A stretch of DNA of 64,000 bases from a virus (Duplodnaviria > Heunggongvirae > Uroviricota > Caudoviricetes), in the IMG/VR virus record IMGVR_UViG_3300035682_000015, one strand, 5' to 3'. The notes below the pieces were generated by a model that was given only the letters and a program-made list of their open reading frames with translations, was not told the origin of the DNA and made no database searches. The position numbers and the translations under genes were made by a program. This document shows positions 1 to 9,598 of the stretch, piece after piece. Positions within the stretch are counted from its first letter, which is position 1, and every line of letters starts with the position of its first letter.

Positions 1-162
1 GATAGAAGTGGGGAAAAGGGTAAGTTTCTACAATTAAGAAATGATACTCAACCACCATATATTAATAGTAGATTACAGAGAGAAATCCCGGAAGAAGAAC
101 CTATTGTTGAAAGAGATGGGGTAATAAAAAGATTATTAAAAAAATTAAAATTAAAATTATGA
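1..162 (+). CDS. 3' end of upstream gene (partial), hypothetical
   Basis: Frame 1 is open from window edge to TGA 160-162, overlapping next start (ATGA). Confidence 0.4.
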   Translation, partial: DRSGEKGKFLQLRNDTQPPYINSRLQREIPEEEPIVERDGVIKRLLKKLKLKL

Positions 163-368
163 ATATGCAATTATTAAAGTTTAATAGTACGGACAAAACA
201 GCGGTACTTAAAGATGAATTTGGTGGGGATGAAATAATATATTTCAAAAATGTTCCGACCGTAAAAGTGGAAAATGGGTATTACGAGGTAATGCAAAAAA
301 CAGAAACAGGTGTAATACCTGTGTTAAGAGTACCAATAGCGAATACAAATATGTTAATTTTGAAATAA
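159..368 (+). CDS. hypothetical small protein
   Basis: ATG ORF 69 aa, start overlaps upstream stop. Confidence 0.4.
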   Translation: MNMQLLKFNSTDKTAVLKDEFGGDEIIYFKNVPTVKVENGYYEVMQKTETGVIPVLRVPIANTNMLILK

Positions 369-370
369 TA

Positions 371-1003
371 TTAAATATTTTTCCAAGTAATTTTATTGAT
401 TATTTTCCATATACAAGGTTTTTTAACATTATATTTAATTGCCAGTTCATCATAAGTAATTTCACCCTTATTGTAATCATTTCTAATTTCTTTTACGATT
501 GATTCAGTGAGTTTGGAATTACTATTATTTTCACCAGAACTGCTCAACTGAAATTTTTTAATAGTTTCTTTAGAATGGTTAAAACCTTTGTGATTTATTG
601 ACATTTTTTCTCGACTACTTTCACTATGTTTTTTACCAAACATTGGGTTATTCTTACCGGAAACATTATGATGGTTTTGTGATATTTTTAATCTATGTTC
701 GGGTGTTAATTTTTTATTTAAGAAAAAATTATTAGTAGACCCACCATCACCACCTTCACTTATATTATAACCTATATTTTTATTGGTTGAATTATATTGT
801 TTTATCCAATATTTTTCTCGTTCAGATAATTCGGATTTGGTTTTACAATATTCTAGAATTTCTCTTGTAAAATTATATTTACCATTTTTTTTTATAGATT
901 GTTTTAATATTTTACCGGAACCTAAATATGTTTTAGATTCTCTAACTAATTTACCTATGTAAATTTTACCATTAAGATTATTTGTTGTTTTATATATGAA
1001 CAT
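371..1003 (-). CDS. GIY-YIG homing endonuclease
   Basis: Internal Met start MFIYKTTNNLNGKIYIGK...; GIY..YIG motif, R/E/N catalytic core, NUMOD-like repeats (NPMFGKKHSE). The ORF-track N-terminal extension is low-complexity and probably not translated. Confidence 0.8.
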   Translation of the reverse strand: MFIYKTTNNLNGKIYIGKLVRESKTYLGSGKILKQSIKKNGKYNFTREILEYCKTKSELSEREKYWIKQYNSTNKNIGYNISEGGDGGSTNNFFLNKKLTPEHRLKISQNHHNVSGKNNPMFGKKHSESSREKMSINHKGFNHSKETIKKFQLSSSGENNSNSKLTESIVKEIRNDYNKGEITYDELAIKYNVKKPCIWKIINKITWKNI

Positions 1004-1084
1004 AATTTTACACGACTTAATTGAAGATATATTAGATAAATATAAAAAATAGTTGAAAAGTTTTGTTTTTAATAAAAAAAAAAT

Positions 1085-1092
1085 TATCTTTG
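1085..1092 (+). promoter_or_regulatory. Bacteroidetes-type -7 promoter element TATCTTTG
   Basis: TAnnTTTG consensus 25 nt upstream of ATG 1118. Confidence 0.5.
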
Positions 1093-1117
1093 TGTTATAA
1101 TTAAAAAAATTAAAATT

Positions 1118-1687
1118 ATGAATTATGTAGATTGGTGTATAGAACAACACCGCAAAACGAATCATCAATACGACCTCTACCTTCCGTATGAATTTCACCT
1201 ACGAATGGTGAATAACGTATGTGAAGATTTCCAACATTTATTGGATGATACCAAAGATTATTTTACGGGAGAACCATATCGTGGTCCAATGCAAAACCAA
1301 GTAACTTTAAAAGATGCTTGCCGTAAAGCTAGTTTTGGTCACGACCTTATAGAGGACACAAGAGTGTCTTACAACGATGTTAAAACTGAGTTGGGTGAAG
1401 AAGCCGCAGATATTATCTACGCAGTTACCAACGACAAAGGTAAGAATCGTAAAGAGAGAGCGGGAGATAAATACTACGAAGGTATTAGGAATACTCCGGG
1501 AGCTGTGTTTGTAAAACTATGTGATAGAATTGCTAACGTTCAGTATGGTAAGATGACTAAATCCCGTATGTTTGAGCAATATAAAAATGAGAATCCTGAG
1601 TTCATCCGTCAGTTGGGTTACGATATTAATGAGTATAATGTATATGGAGATATGTTCCATTATTTGAATAATTTATTTAGAAATTAA
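1118..1687 (+). CDS. RelA/SpoT-family HD-domain hydrolase (small alarmone hydrolase-like)
   Basis: Motifs HDLIEDT, LGEEAADIIYAVTN and KLCDRIANVQY parallel SpoT hydrolase motifs HDVIEDT / FGxxVAxLVEGVTK / KLADRLHNMRT. Confidence 0.6.
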   Translation: MNYVDWCIEQHRKTNHQYDLYLPYEFHLRMVNNVCEDFQHLLDDTKDYFTGEPYRGPMQNQVTLKDACRKASFGHDLIEDTRVSYNDVKTELGEEAADIIYAVTNDKGKNRKERAGDKYYEGIRNTPGAVFVKLCDRIANVQYGKMTKSRMFEQYKNENPEFIRQLGYDINEYNVYGDMFHYLNNLFRN

Positions 1688-1691
1688 AAAT

Positions 1692-1922
1692 ATGAAAAGT
1701 TTATTAAAATTTATGGGAGTTCTAATCGGACTCTTCACTTGGGTAGAATTGATTAAGTTATCATTCTACCTTATGAAACTATCTAATACCTTTGTGTTTT
1801 ATGGTGGCGTTTTATTGTTGGCGTTGGTAACGGTTGGACCAATAGTCTATTTTGGGGATAATATTGTTATGTTTTTACGTAATATGAAAGGTGTTTTCTT
1901 TGATAAAGAAAAAAAAGATTAA
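1692..1922 (+). CDS. small membrane protein
   Basis: 76 aa, two hydrophobic helices. Confidence 0.45.
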   Translation: MKSLLKFMGVLIGLFTWVELIKLSFYLMKLSNTFVFYGGVLLLALVTVGPIVYFGDNIVMFLRNMKGVFFDKEKKD

Positions 1923-1950
1923 AAAAGTTTGTGTATTAAAAAAAATGGTA

Positions 1951-1958
1951 TATCTTTG
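1951..1958 (+). promoter_or_regulatory. -7 promoter element TATCTTTG
   Basis: upstream of 1996. Confidence 0.45.
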
Positions 1959-1995
1959 TACCCAATTAAAAAAGTAATAATTAAAATAGAAAAAA

Positions 1996-2853
1996 ATGAA
2001 AAGAATTTTAGTAGTTGTTAGTGTAGTGTTATTGTTAATTTTTGGAGTGTCTTCTTGTAAAATTGCTGATTCAGCTGAAGTTGCTTTAGTGGTAGACCAA
2101 ATTGGAACCAACAAGGGTGTTCCCAATATAGAGATGGCCTCGGGATTTATCTTTTATTTCCCCCCAACACAGGATGTGTTTATGTATCCAACATCAGTTC
2201 AACACAAAGTATGGTCGGCAGAATCAAACGAGGATTCCCCAACGGATGAACATATTGATGTAACATCTGCGGATGGTGCGACATTCGGATTAGATGTATC
2301 GATTAACTTACAATTACAGAGAGCGAGAGCGTCCGAGTTATTTATTAAGTATAGAGTTGATATGGAGGACTTAATTAATACAAGAGTAAGAACTATTGTT
2401 AGAAAAGAATTATTAGACAACGCTGTTAATTTTGCGTCAGATAGTTTATTACAACATAGAAATGTATATGAGGCGAATGTGACTAAAACATTAACCGTGT
2501 CGTTAGAGAAAGAAGGGTTCACATTAAATAACATCGCAATCCTTAAAATGGCGTTACCGGCTTCGTATAAGGCAGCTATTGAGAGAAAGATTGCTGTTCT
2601 TCAGGAGACAGCAACCATTATATCTCAAACAAAACAAGCGGAACAAACGGCACTTAAGAAAGTGGCTTTGGCTAAGGGTAACTTTGAAGCGGCACAATAC
2701 GACGCTAAGACAAAGGAAATTTTATCTCAACCTAAATTGTTAGAATTGTATAGAGCGGAGACCGAAAGAATAAGAGCGACAAATGGTACATCAGAATACG
2801 GACAGAATAATGTCTTTGGTTCGGCTCAGGGAATATTGTTAAATAGAAAATAA
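1996..2853 (+). CDS. SPFH/band-7 (prohibitin/stomatin-like) membrane protein
   Basis: N-terminal TM/signal; C-terminal coiled region typical of band-7/HflK family (ALPASYKAAIERKIAVLQE...). Confidence 0.65.
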   Translation: MKRILVVVSVVLLLIFGVSSCKIADSAEVALVVDQIGTNKGVPNIEMASGFIFYFPPTQDVFMYPTSVQHKVWSAESNEDSPTDEHIDVTSADGATFGLDVSINLQLQRARASELFIKYRVDMEDLINTRVRTIVRKELLDNAVNFASDSLLQHRNVYEANVTKTLTVSLEKEGFTLNNIAILKMALPASYKAAIERKIAVLQETATIISQTKQAEQTALKKVALAKGNFEAAQYDAKTKEILSQPKLLELYRAETERIRATNGTSEYGQNNVFGSAQGILLNRK

Positions 2854-2862
2854 TATAAAATT

Positions 2863-3228
2863 ATGACAGTATTATTAGTGGTTTTAGGTTTTGTATTATT
2901 CGTAGGAATTTTATGGGACATAGTTGGTATGTGTATTGTTGGGTTTCCAACATCAGATGAAAAAATCTTAAACTTCCTTGAGGAAATTAAGAATAATAAT
3001 CCACAAGATGAGGGTTATGATAGTGAATTTAGTAAATCTATTTCACATATGTATAAAACAAAGATTCTTGATGAGACAATGATTTATACTTTTGGTAAAA
3101 GTTATATATCAAAGTCACCCCAAGGTGTTAGTTATAAATGGTATGTTGATGGTTTAGGTGTGGTGCCAAGATGGTACAAATCACATTCGGAGATTGAGAA
3201 ATTATATAATGAATTAAAAAATAACTAA
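2863..3228 (+). CDS. membrane protein, paralog pair member
   Basis: N-terminal TM; paralogous to 3231-3584 (FLEEIKNNNP / VPRWYKSHSEIEKLY). Confidence 0.55.
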   Translation: MTVLLVVLGFVLFVGILWDIVGMCIVGFPTSDEKILNFLEEIKNNNPQDEGYDSEFSKSISHMYKTKILDETMIYTFGKSYISKSPQGVSYKWYVDGLGVVPRWYKSHSEIEKLYNELKNN

Positions 3229-3230
3229 TT

Positions 3231-3584
3231 ATGGTAGGATTAATAGTATTTTTGGTTTTAGGTTTTGTGTTTTTTTTAGGTACTGAAATTGCCTTGATAA
3301 GTACAACAGGTTTACCCCCAAAAGACAAGGATGTTTTGGAATTCCTTGAGAAAGTTAGAAAGAGTAATCCGGAACTTACAGATGGGGCAAAACCAGAATC
3401 TATGATTTGGTCAAGTGGTAATCCATATATTTCAACATCTTTAAAGAGTTGTTTAATTGGGTGTTACATTAGTGATGTTGGTGGAATACCGAGATGGTAT
3501 AAATCGTATGGTGAGATTCAAAAACTATATATTGAGTTGGGTGCAAAAGGTGGTAAAACAAAAAGAGAAATGTTAGGGTTATGA
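3231..3584 (+). CDS. membrane protein, paralog pair member
   Basis: Tandem paralog of 2863-3228. Confidence 0.55.
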   Translation: MVGLIVFLVLGFVFFLGTEIALISTTGLPPKDKDVLEFLEKVRKSNPELTDGAKPESMIWSSGNPYISTSLKSCLIGCYISDVGGIPRWYKSYGEIQKLYIELGAKGGKTKREMLGL

Positions 3585-4126
3585 GATTAAATAAAAATTC
3601 AGTTAGTTCAAGATTATATAAATGGTTTTATGGTGTTAGTGAGTGGAAAGGGTTACCAAACAACCTTTGTCCTTACTTTTGGCGAGTAGTTCTAATGTAC
3701 GTTACAATCATTCCTTACACGTTATTCTCAATCCCGGTGGTTGTTTATGATATGTTTGATAAAGGATATGATAATGGGGATAGAAAGACCGGTGAGAGAT
3801 TAGGTATTAGTTTTGGGGTTTATTTTGCCTTATGGTTATTGGTTGCGGTTATAACAACAATTGTTGGACTATTCGTAAAAATTGAACCAAAAAGTTTTTG
3901 GGAATTCACTCAACTTTTAGGTTATTTGATTTGGTTTATAGCAATTATTGTTGGTGCGGTTGAAGGGTTTAAATATTTGAGAGAATATTCAACAACAGAT
4001 AAAGGTTATTGGGACTATACCCAAGACAAATGGGTTGTTAAGAAAGCTAAGGTTAATCTAACCACAGAGTTTATCAAAGCTAAGTATAATAAGTATTGTC
4101 CTAAAATTGATTGGTATAAGGAGTAA
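3581..4126 (+). CDS. multi-pass membrane protein
   Basis: ATGA overlap with upstream; several hydrophobic helices. Confidence 0.55.
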   Translation: MRLNKNSVSSRLYKWFYGVSEWKGLPNNLCPYFWRVVLMYVTIIPYTLFSIPVVVYDMFDKGYDNGDRKTGERLGISFGVYFALWLLVAVITTIVGLFVKIEPKSFWEFTQLLGYLIWFIAIIVGAVEGFKYLREYSTTDKGYWDYTQDKWVVKKAKVNLTTEFIKAKYNKYCPKIDWYKE

Positions 4127-4428
4127 TGGTTGGTGTTAAATCTTTTAGAAAAATATTGAAACGTCAATATCCTGAATATTATGATAGAATAAGTGTTAGT
4201 ATTAATCAGTATTCAAATTACTCACAATTTCTTGGTGTGGATGGTAGAATGAGAGAGGAACTTAATTATAATTTAAAAGTTACTGAAGTTAGGATTTCAT
4301 TTCCCGGAAATTCAGGTAATCTTTATCCCGACATTAGTTCTTTTATAAGGATTATTTGGGGTGGAAAAGTCGATGTGATGGCAACATTTGATTCTTGTGG
4401 AACTAATCATTTCGAATTTAAAATATAA
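4126..4428 (+). CDS. hypothetical protein
   Basis: TAATG coupling; followed by terminator. Confidence 0.5.
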   Translation: MVGVKSFRKILKRQYPEYYDRISVSINQYSNYSQFLGVDGRMREELNYNLKVTEVRISFPGNSGNLYPDISSFIRIIWGGKVDVMATFDSCGTNHFEFKI

Positions 4429-4460
4429 AAAAAACCCCCATTAAGTTGGGGGTTTTTTAT
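4428..4460 (+). terminator. intrinsic terminator
   Basis: CCCCCA-ttaagt-TGGGGG hairpin + T-run. Confidence 0.7.
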
Positions 4461-4481
4461 TTGTAAGATATTTATATAGGT

Positions 4482-6086
4482 ATGAAATTAATTGAAAGTA
4501 TAAAACAAATCATTTCGGAGGCATCCAAGAAACAAATCTTAATGGATAAGATTAGGTTTAACGAGGAGAATGCTGACTTATTGGATACAATTTGTGGTCC
4601 ATTATCTGTTTGGATGGGAAATAAGTTTATTGATTTTTATTCAAAACGTTTAGAATCAGTACTCCCAGAATATGAAAACGAAAAAGATTATAGAAAGGCT
4701 GTGATTAGAAACCTTAATAACAATTTTGCGATTAATTCACATAGACAAGATATTGTATCAATAATGGATTGGATTAGAGTTGGTTTGAATGGTAATTTAG
4801 GTGAAAATAAAGAATTAAATTTAAATGAATTACATCATAAATCAAAAGAATGGCGCGATAGTTTAGAGATTGGTCAAGGTACTATTAACTATAAAGAAGA
4901 AAATCCAACTATATTAGATTTTACTGATGAGGACGGGAATGGATTCTATTGGGCGGATTTGAATACAAAGAACTCATCAGAGGAATGTGATAGGATGGGG
5001 CATTGTGGAAGAAGTTCTTATGGATATCTTTATTCATTAAGACAAAATATCCCTATTAATAACAAATATAAATTAAACAAATCGGTTCTAACTGCGGCAA
5101 TCGGTGAGGATGGTATTTTGTATCAATTAAAGGGTGTTAAAAACTCTAAACCAAAAGATGAATATCATCAATATATTCTTCCATTATTTTATGTGTTAGG
5201 TGGAGATGGTGAACAGGATGATTACTTGATTCAAGGATTTGGTAGTGAATACGCGTCAGACCAAGATTTTAAACTATCTGACCTACCGGAAGAAACAATC
5301 AAAGATTTATATCAAAACAGACCGGAGTTATTCTCATCAAGAACTATGCAGAGATTGTTAGGTAAGATGGGAATTGTGGATGTTCAACCACTCCCAACAA
5401 CATTTGTGTTAGAGGTTAGTCCGGATGATTTTAGTGATTATATTGATGGTGGAACTTACAGAACATATACCAATAGAACTACAGGGGTTAAAACAACAGT
5501 GAGTCTCTTTGTTGAGATAATGTCGGGTGATGCTTGGGACTTATGGAGTCAAGATAATTACGAAGATTTTGGGGGTTATTTCCAATATACAATAGACAAC
5601 CCAACAGAAGAAAAATTATGGTCAATTGTTAGAGGTTTTGCTCAGAGAGATGGTATTGAATTAGATGAGAATTTAGGTTTGGAAGATGCTATTGATGAAG
5701 TAGATAGTAATGGTGAAATTAAACTAGCGATTGGTAGTGCTATAAGTGATGCTGATGCTAACGATTATGTTGACCACTTACAAGATGAAATAAAATCGGC
5801 TTTAGAGTTTTACGGTAATGTTTATGAATTTAATGATACCGGAGCCAAAATACAAGTTGATTTAAGTAATTTTGTTAATATTGATGACGAAGAAATTGAT
5901 GAGATGTTTGAAAACAATATGAATAGAGATGGTAGTTATAATTTAGAGGGTGTTTTAAATGAATTATTATCTGAAGATATGGTTGAAAAACCTGATTTTG
6001 ACCCCGATGACCGCTGGTACCCTTCACCTGATTCTAGTGTTGTAAATGAAAATGTGAGATACAGATTAGATGATATTAGTATATGA
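4482..6086 (+). CDS. large acidic hypothetical protein
   Basis: 534 aa; preceded by terminator + GATATTTATA motif. Confidence 0.6.
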   Translation: MKLIESIKQIISEASKKQILMDKIRFNEENADLLDTICGPLSVWMGNKFIDFYSKRLESVLPEYENEKDYRKAVIRNLNNNFAINSHRQDIVSIMDWIRVGLNGNLGENKELNLNELHHKSKEWRDSLEIGQGTINYKEENPTILDFTDEDGNGFYWADLNTKNSSEECDRMGHCGRSSYGYLYSLRQNIPINNKYKLNKSVLTAAIGEDGILYQLKGVKNSKPKDEYHQYILPLFYVLGGDGEQDDYLIQGFGSEYASDQDFKLSDLPEETIKDLYQNRPELFSSRTMQRLLGKMGIVDVQPLPTTFVLEVSPDDFSDYIDGGTYRTYTNRTTGVKTTVSLFVEIMSGDAWDLWSQDNYEDFGGYFQYTIDNPTEEKLWSIVRGFAQRDGIELDENLGLEDAIDEVDSNGEIKLAIGSAISDADANDYVDHLQDEIKSALEFYGNVYEFNDTGAKIQVDLSNFVNIDDEEIDEMFENNMNRDGSYNLEGVLNELLSEDMVEKPDFDPDDRWYPSPDSSVVNENVRYRLDDISI

Positions 6087-6793
6087 ATTTAAGTAAAGAT
6101 TTAACGATAGTAATACCCTGCAAAAACGAGGGGTTAATCATAAAGAAAACTTTGGGGTTAATAAACCTGCAAAACAATATCAAAGGTGTAAATATTATTG
6201 TTGCCGATTCTTCTAATGACGATGGTTTTACACAAAAATGTATATTAAACTCGTCCAATACTAATATCAATGTAAAGATTGTTAAAGGTGGGTTCCCTGC
6301 TGAGGCCAGAAACAACGGAACCAAAAAGATAAAAACACCTTATGTTTTATTTTTGGATGCTGACATATACCTTAATGATTATGATTTGTTAAAAGATATG
6401 GTTGAGGTTATGAAAGAAAATGATTATCATTTATCGACAACTAAAATGAGAACTGACGATGGTGATTACAATTATGTATATAAATCATTTGATGTTATCC
6501 AATACTTAACCAAATTCTCCACACCATTTGCGGTCGGTGGATTTATGTTATTTAATTTAGAAATATTCAATTCATTGGGTGGGTTTAATCCGGATGACAA
6601 GTTCGCTGAGGATTATCATTTAAGTTCAAAAATAAAACCAAATAAATTTTATGTGTCAGACAAAATTGTTTATACCACATCAAGACGATTTAAGAACAAA
6701 GGTTTATTCTATATGGTTAAGATGATGATTAAATCTTGGTTTAATAGAAATAACGATGAGTTCTTTACAAAGGAACATAATTACTGGACATAA
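6083..6793 (+). CDS. family-2 glycosyltransferase
   Basis: IVIPCKNEG ... DADIYL (DxD) GT-A signature. Confidence 0.7.
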   Translation: MNLSKDLTIVIPCKNEGLIIKKTLGLINLQNNIKGVNIIVADSSNDDGFTQKCILNSSNTNINVKIVKGGFPAEARNNGTKKIKTPYVLFLDADIYLNDYDLLKDMVEVMKENDYHLSTTKMRTDDGDYNYVYKSFDVIQYLTKFSTPFAVGGFMLFNLEIFNSLGGFNPDDKFAEDYHLSSKIKPNKFYVSDKIVYTTSRRFKNKGLFYMVKMMIKSWFNRNNDEFFTKEHNYWT

Positions 6794-7512
6794 TGAAATA
6801 CAAAACAATAATTCTATCAGACATTCACTTGGGTTCCAAATCAAGTAGAGCCAACGATGTTATAGAATTTCTTGAAAACAACACCACAGAGACCTTAATT
6901 TTGAATGGGGATATCGTTGATGGTTGGGCTCTTAAAAGAGGTGGTAAATGGACTGAAAGTCACACCAAAGTATTAAGGAAGATAATGAAGATGAGTGAGA
7001 AGGGAGTGAATGTTATTTGGATTAGAGGAAATCACGATGAGTTCCTAAAAGATTTCATCCCATTCCAATTATCCAATCTAACAATCACGGAGGATTATAC
7101 CTTTACATCACTTGATGGTCGTAAGATGTATGTGTTTCACGGAGATGTGTTAGATGTGTTTATTACCAAAGCAAAATGGTTGGCTCACATCGGTTCGATA
7201 GGTTATGATATAGCGTTATGGATGAATAGAGTGTACAACAAATATCGTGAGACGAGAGGGTTACCTTATTATTCCATCTCTAAAGATATAAAGAATGGTG
7301 TTAAGAAAGCGGTTAACTTTATTAATGATTTTGAAGAGAATGCTGTGTTATTGAGTAAGAAAAAAGGATGTGATGTTGCTGTATGTGGCCACATTCATCA
7401 ACCGGAACTTAAAGAGAATTATATGAATAGTGGTGATTGGTGTGAGAATTGTACAGCTCTTGTTGAGACAAAAAAAGGTGTGTGGGAAGTTATTGAGTTT
7501 CACAAAAAATAA
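6793..7512 (+). CDS. calcineurin-like metallophosphoesterase, LpxH-like topology
   Basis: DIHLG, GDIVDGW, GNHDE, HGD, GHIH, NSGDW motifs in the order seen in UDP-2,3-diacylglucosamine hydrolase. Confidence 0.6.
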   Translation: MKYKTIILSDIHLGSKSSRANDVIEFLENNTTETLILNGDIVDGWALKRGGKWTESHTKVLRKIMKMSEKGVNVIWIRGNHDEFLKDFIPFQLSNLTITEDYTFTSLDGRKMYVFHGDVLDVFITKAKWLAHIGSIGYDIALWMNRVYNKYRETRGLPYYSISKDIKNGVKKAVNFINDFEENAVLLSKKKGCDVAVCGHIHQPELKENYMNSGDWCENCTALVETKKGVWEVIEFHKK

Positions 7513-7513
7513 A

Positions 7514-7636
7514 ATGAAAAAGAAAGATTATATGGAGATGGAAAAAGAATATAAAAAAGGAACAAAAATGTTAATAATTATGTTTATAATGATTGTTATT
7601 GGAGCATTAGTAATAAATTATTGTAATGGAATATAA
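7514..7636 (+). CDS. small membrane peptide
   Basis: 40 aa hydrophobic ORF after stop of 6793-7512. Confidence 0.3.
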   Translation: MKKKDYMEMEKEYKKGTKMLIIMFIMIVIGALVINYCNGI

Positions 7637-7814
7637 AATTAATTCGGAAGAGAAAACTATCACAATATTTAATAGTGAGGGAAAGGTTGATGAGATTAAA
7701 TCATTGATGAAACTATTCCCCAATTATACACTAATCACGGGACAACCAAAGAAAGAATGTGTTTGTAACCCATCTAAAGGTGGTGATGGGATTTGTAAAT
7801 GTGAAAAAAAATGA
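7626..7814 (+). CDS. small Cys-rich protein
   Basis: 62 aa; CVCNPSKGGDGICKCEKK C-terminus. Confidence 0.4.
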   Translation: MEYKINSEEKTITIFNSEGKVDEIKSLMKLFPNYTLITGQPKKECVCNPSKGGDGICKCEKK

Positions 7815-7845
7815 CCCTAAGAGTTGAATTCTTAGGGTTTTTTAT
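7813..7845 (+). terminator. intrinsic terminator
   Basis: CCCTAAG-loop-CTTAGGG + T-run, followed by TATATTTG-N4-ATG. Confidence 0.6.
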
Positions 7846-7858
7846 TTATATTTGTGCT

Positions 7859-8005
7859 ATGGATAATTTAAAAAAGTTTATAATAAAAAGAAAGTATGAC
7901 CTTTTGGCTGTGGTTAGTATTATTTTAATGATTTCAATTAATGTTATATTTGCAGTCCCGGCAATTATTTTTCTTATAATCGGAGAAAGTAAAACAAAAC
8001 ATTAA
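7859..8005 (+). CDS. small membrane peptide
   Basis: ATG 4 nt after TATATTTG (7847-7854). Confidence 0.4.
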   Translation: MDNLKKFIIKRKYDLLAVVSIILMISINVIFAVPAIIFLIIGESKTKH

Positions 8006-8526
8006 TGGGTAAGTTATTACCTACCCCATATCCCGGACAATCGATGGAAGAATACCGGAAACAATTAATTAATTTCCAAAACAACTATTGGAACTTTTTA
8101 AAACCATCAAAAGGTGGAAGTAAGTTTATACCACTACCTCCTGAACATTTAAAACCAAAAGAAATGAGACCAAACATTATTCCTGCCGTTGTGGCATCAA
8201 ACAAAAGAAAAAACGAAACAAAAAGAATGTCAAGAAAATTAAGTGAGCACGTTGAAGATGAATTATTCAACAAAGAAAAAAGAACAATTGTGGAACCAAA
8301 AATTAAAAAAGTAGTACCTAAACCACCACAATCAGAACCAAGAGTAATTAAAGAAGGTGAGCAACCGGTCAAAAAGAAAAAACCATACTACAGAAAGAAA
8401 TACTCAACACCGAAACTTGTTGAGGTTATTGTTCCGGAACCTGTTGAACAACATTTGTTTATTAAAGGGTTGATAATTGGTACTGTACTAACGGCTATTA
8501 TTAGTCATCTAATTTATTCAATATAA
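8005..8526 (+). CDS. lysine-rich tail-anchored membrane protein
   Basis: K/P-rich with single C-terminal TM. Confidence 0.5.
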   Translation: MGKLLPTPYPGQSMEEYRKQLINFQNNYWNFLKPSKGGSKFIPLPPEHLKPKEMRPNIIPAVVASNKRKNETKRMSRKLSEHVEDELFNKEKRTIVEPKIKKVVPKPPQSEPRVIKEGEQPVKKKKPYYRKKYSTPKLVEVIVPEPVEQHLFIKGLIIGTVLTAIISHLIYSI

Positions 8527-8527
8527 A

Positions 8528-8917
8528 ATGAAAAAACTATTATTAGTATTAGCGTTATTTTTAACAACATTAGTGTTCTCTCAGGAGAAACCATTCTTAA
8601 TGAGAGCGGAAACATTCCAAGCAGGGGTGGTTGATAATAAGGGGAATGTTGTGTGGGATAAATCTACAATTAGAAATTGTAATATTTTAATTAAGTTAGA
8701 GGATAGTAAAGTGACCATTTATTCAAAAACATCACAAGTTTATAATGTGATTACAATTGTAACAAAAAGTGATGAAGGAAATCAATGGTGTTGTCTTGAT
8801 GATAAAGGGGTTCGTTGTAATATCTATTTTATGCCGTTAAAAAATAACCCGGATAAATTAACATTGGGTGTTGAATATAGTGATTATGTTTGGTACTATA
8901 TTTGTAAAGAGAATTAA
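8528..8917 (+). CDS. secreted protein (signal peptide)
   Basis: N-terminal signal-like MKKLLLVLALFLTTLVFS. Confidence 0.55.
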   Translation: MKKLLLVLALFLTTLVFSQEKPFLMRAETFQAGVVDNKGNVVWDKSTIRNCNILIKLEDSKVTIYSKTSQVYNVITIVTKSDEGNQWCCLDDKGVRCNIYFMPLKNNPDKLTLGVEYSDYVWYYICKEN

Positions 8918-9547
8918 TATGTGGGAATATATTTTAATTAGTATTTTTGTAATCTTAGGGTTAGGGTCTTGGTTATTTATAATGTCGGAGTTACTTAAAA
9001 ATATTGTTAGACGATTAAAAGAAAGAAAAAAATAGGAAAACTTATCAAAATTGATGATAAATCAAAATAGATAACTATTTATGCGATGAAGATGTTTTAA
9101 TCTTCCCTAATCTATAAGTAATCTCAACAAAAATGAATTTCATTGCACCTGCCGCAATTCTCGTGATTTTAGTATCACTTGTTCTTTATTTAGTAAAGAA
9201 AACCCCTAAACAAATAGTTCAAGAGGAAGTGGTTATTGAACCACCGGTCAAGAAGAAAAGAGTGTATAAAAAGAAAACAAAAAAGGAATAATGGAAACAT
9301 TAGACCCTTCTGTTCCACTACCAATATTATTTGGTGTGATTTGTGTGTTAATGTTAATAGTGATAAAAGATGAGTTTAAAAAAGATAAAAATAAAAGTTA
9401 AATTATTGTTTGTGTTCTTCGGATGGTGTATATTAGATATACGAGAGAACTATAATGATATGAAATCTCGTTATCTTTTGGAAACGGACCCTGAACTATT
9501 AGAAATTCAGGAACATATTAAAGAATTAATGAAAAAGAAATAAAATT

Positions 9548-9578
9548 AACCCCCATTTAAACGATGGGGTTTTTTATT
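9548..9578 (+). terminator. intrinsic terminator
   Basis: CCCCAT-loop-ATGGGG + T-run. Confidence 0.65.
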
Positions 9579-9598
9579 TTTGTGATATATTTATAGAA

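Noticed and set aside
371-1198. Full 275-aa ORF-track product for the GIY-YIG gene, and several other track starts (14763, 15845, 20913, 24883, 26923, 29010, 30013, 30239, 37186, 40972, 48366, 49098, 51176, 57455, 46215)
   Set aside because: The track uses TTG/GTG as starts and runs through promoters and terminators. In each case a downstream ATG with conserved family N-terminus and proper upstream context gives the more credible start, so coordinates were trimmed.
1875-2534. Minus-strand ORFs 1875-2126 and 2199-2534 (and similar antisense ORFs such as 3128-3328, 8085-8372, 10100-10479, 15072-15263, 18653-18919, 31547-31738, 34724-34987, 36166-36363, 37518-37706, 38070-38414, 39039-39410, 48644-49012, 49676-49999, 60764-60985, 61259-61453, 61622-61903, 63489-63941)
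   Set aside because: They lie fully inside better-supported + (or -) strand genes, have low-complexity translations and lack promoter motifs. Typical antisense noise in AT-rich DNA.
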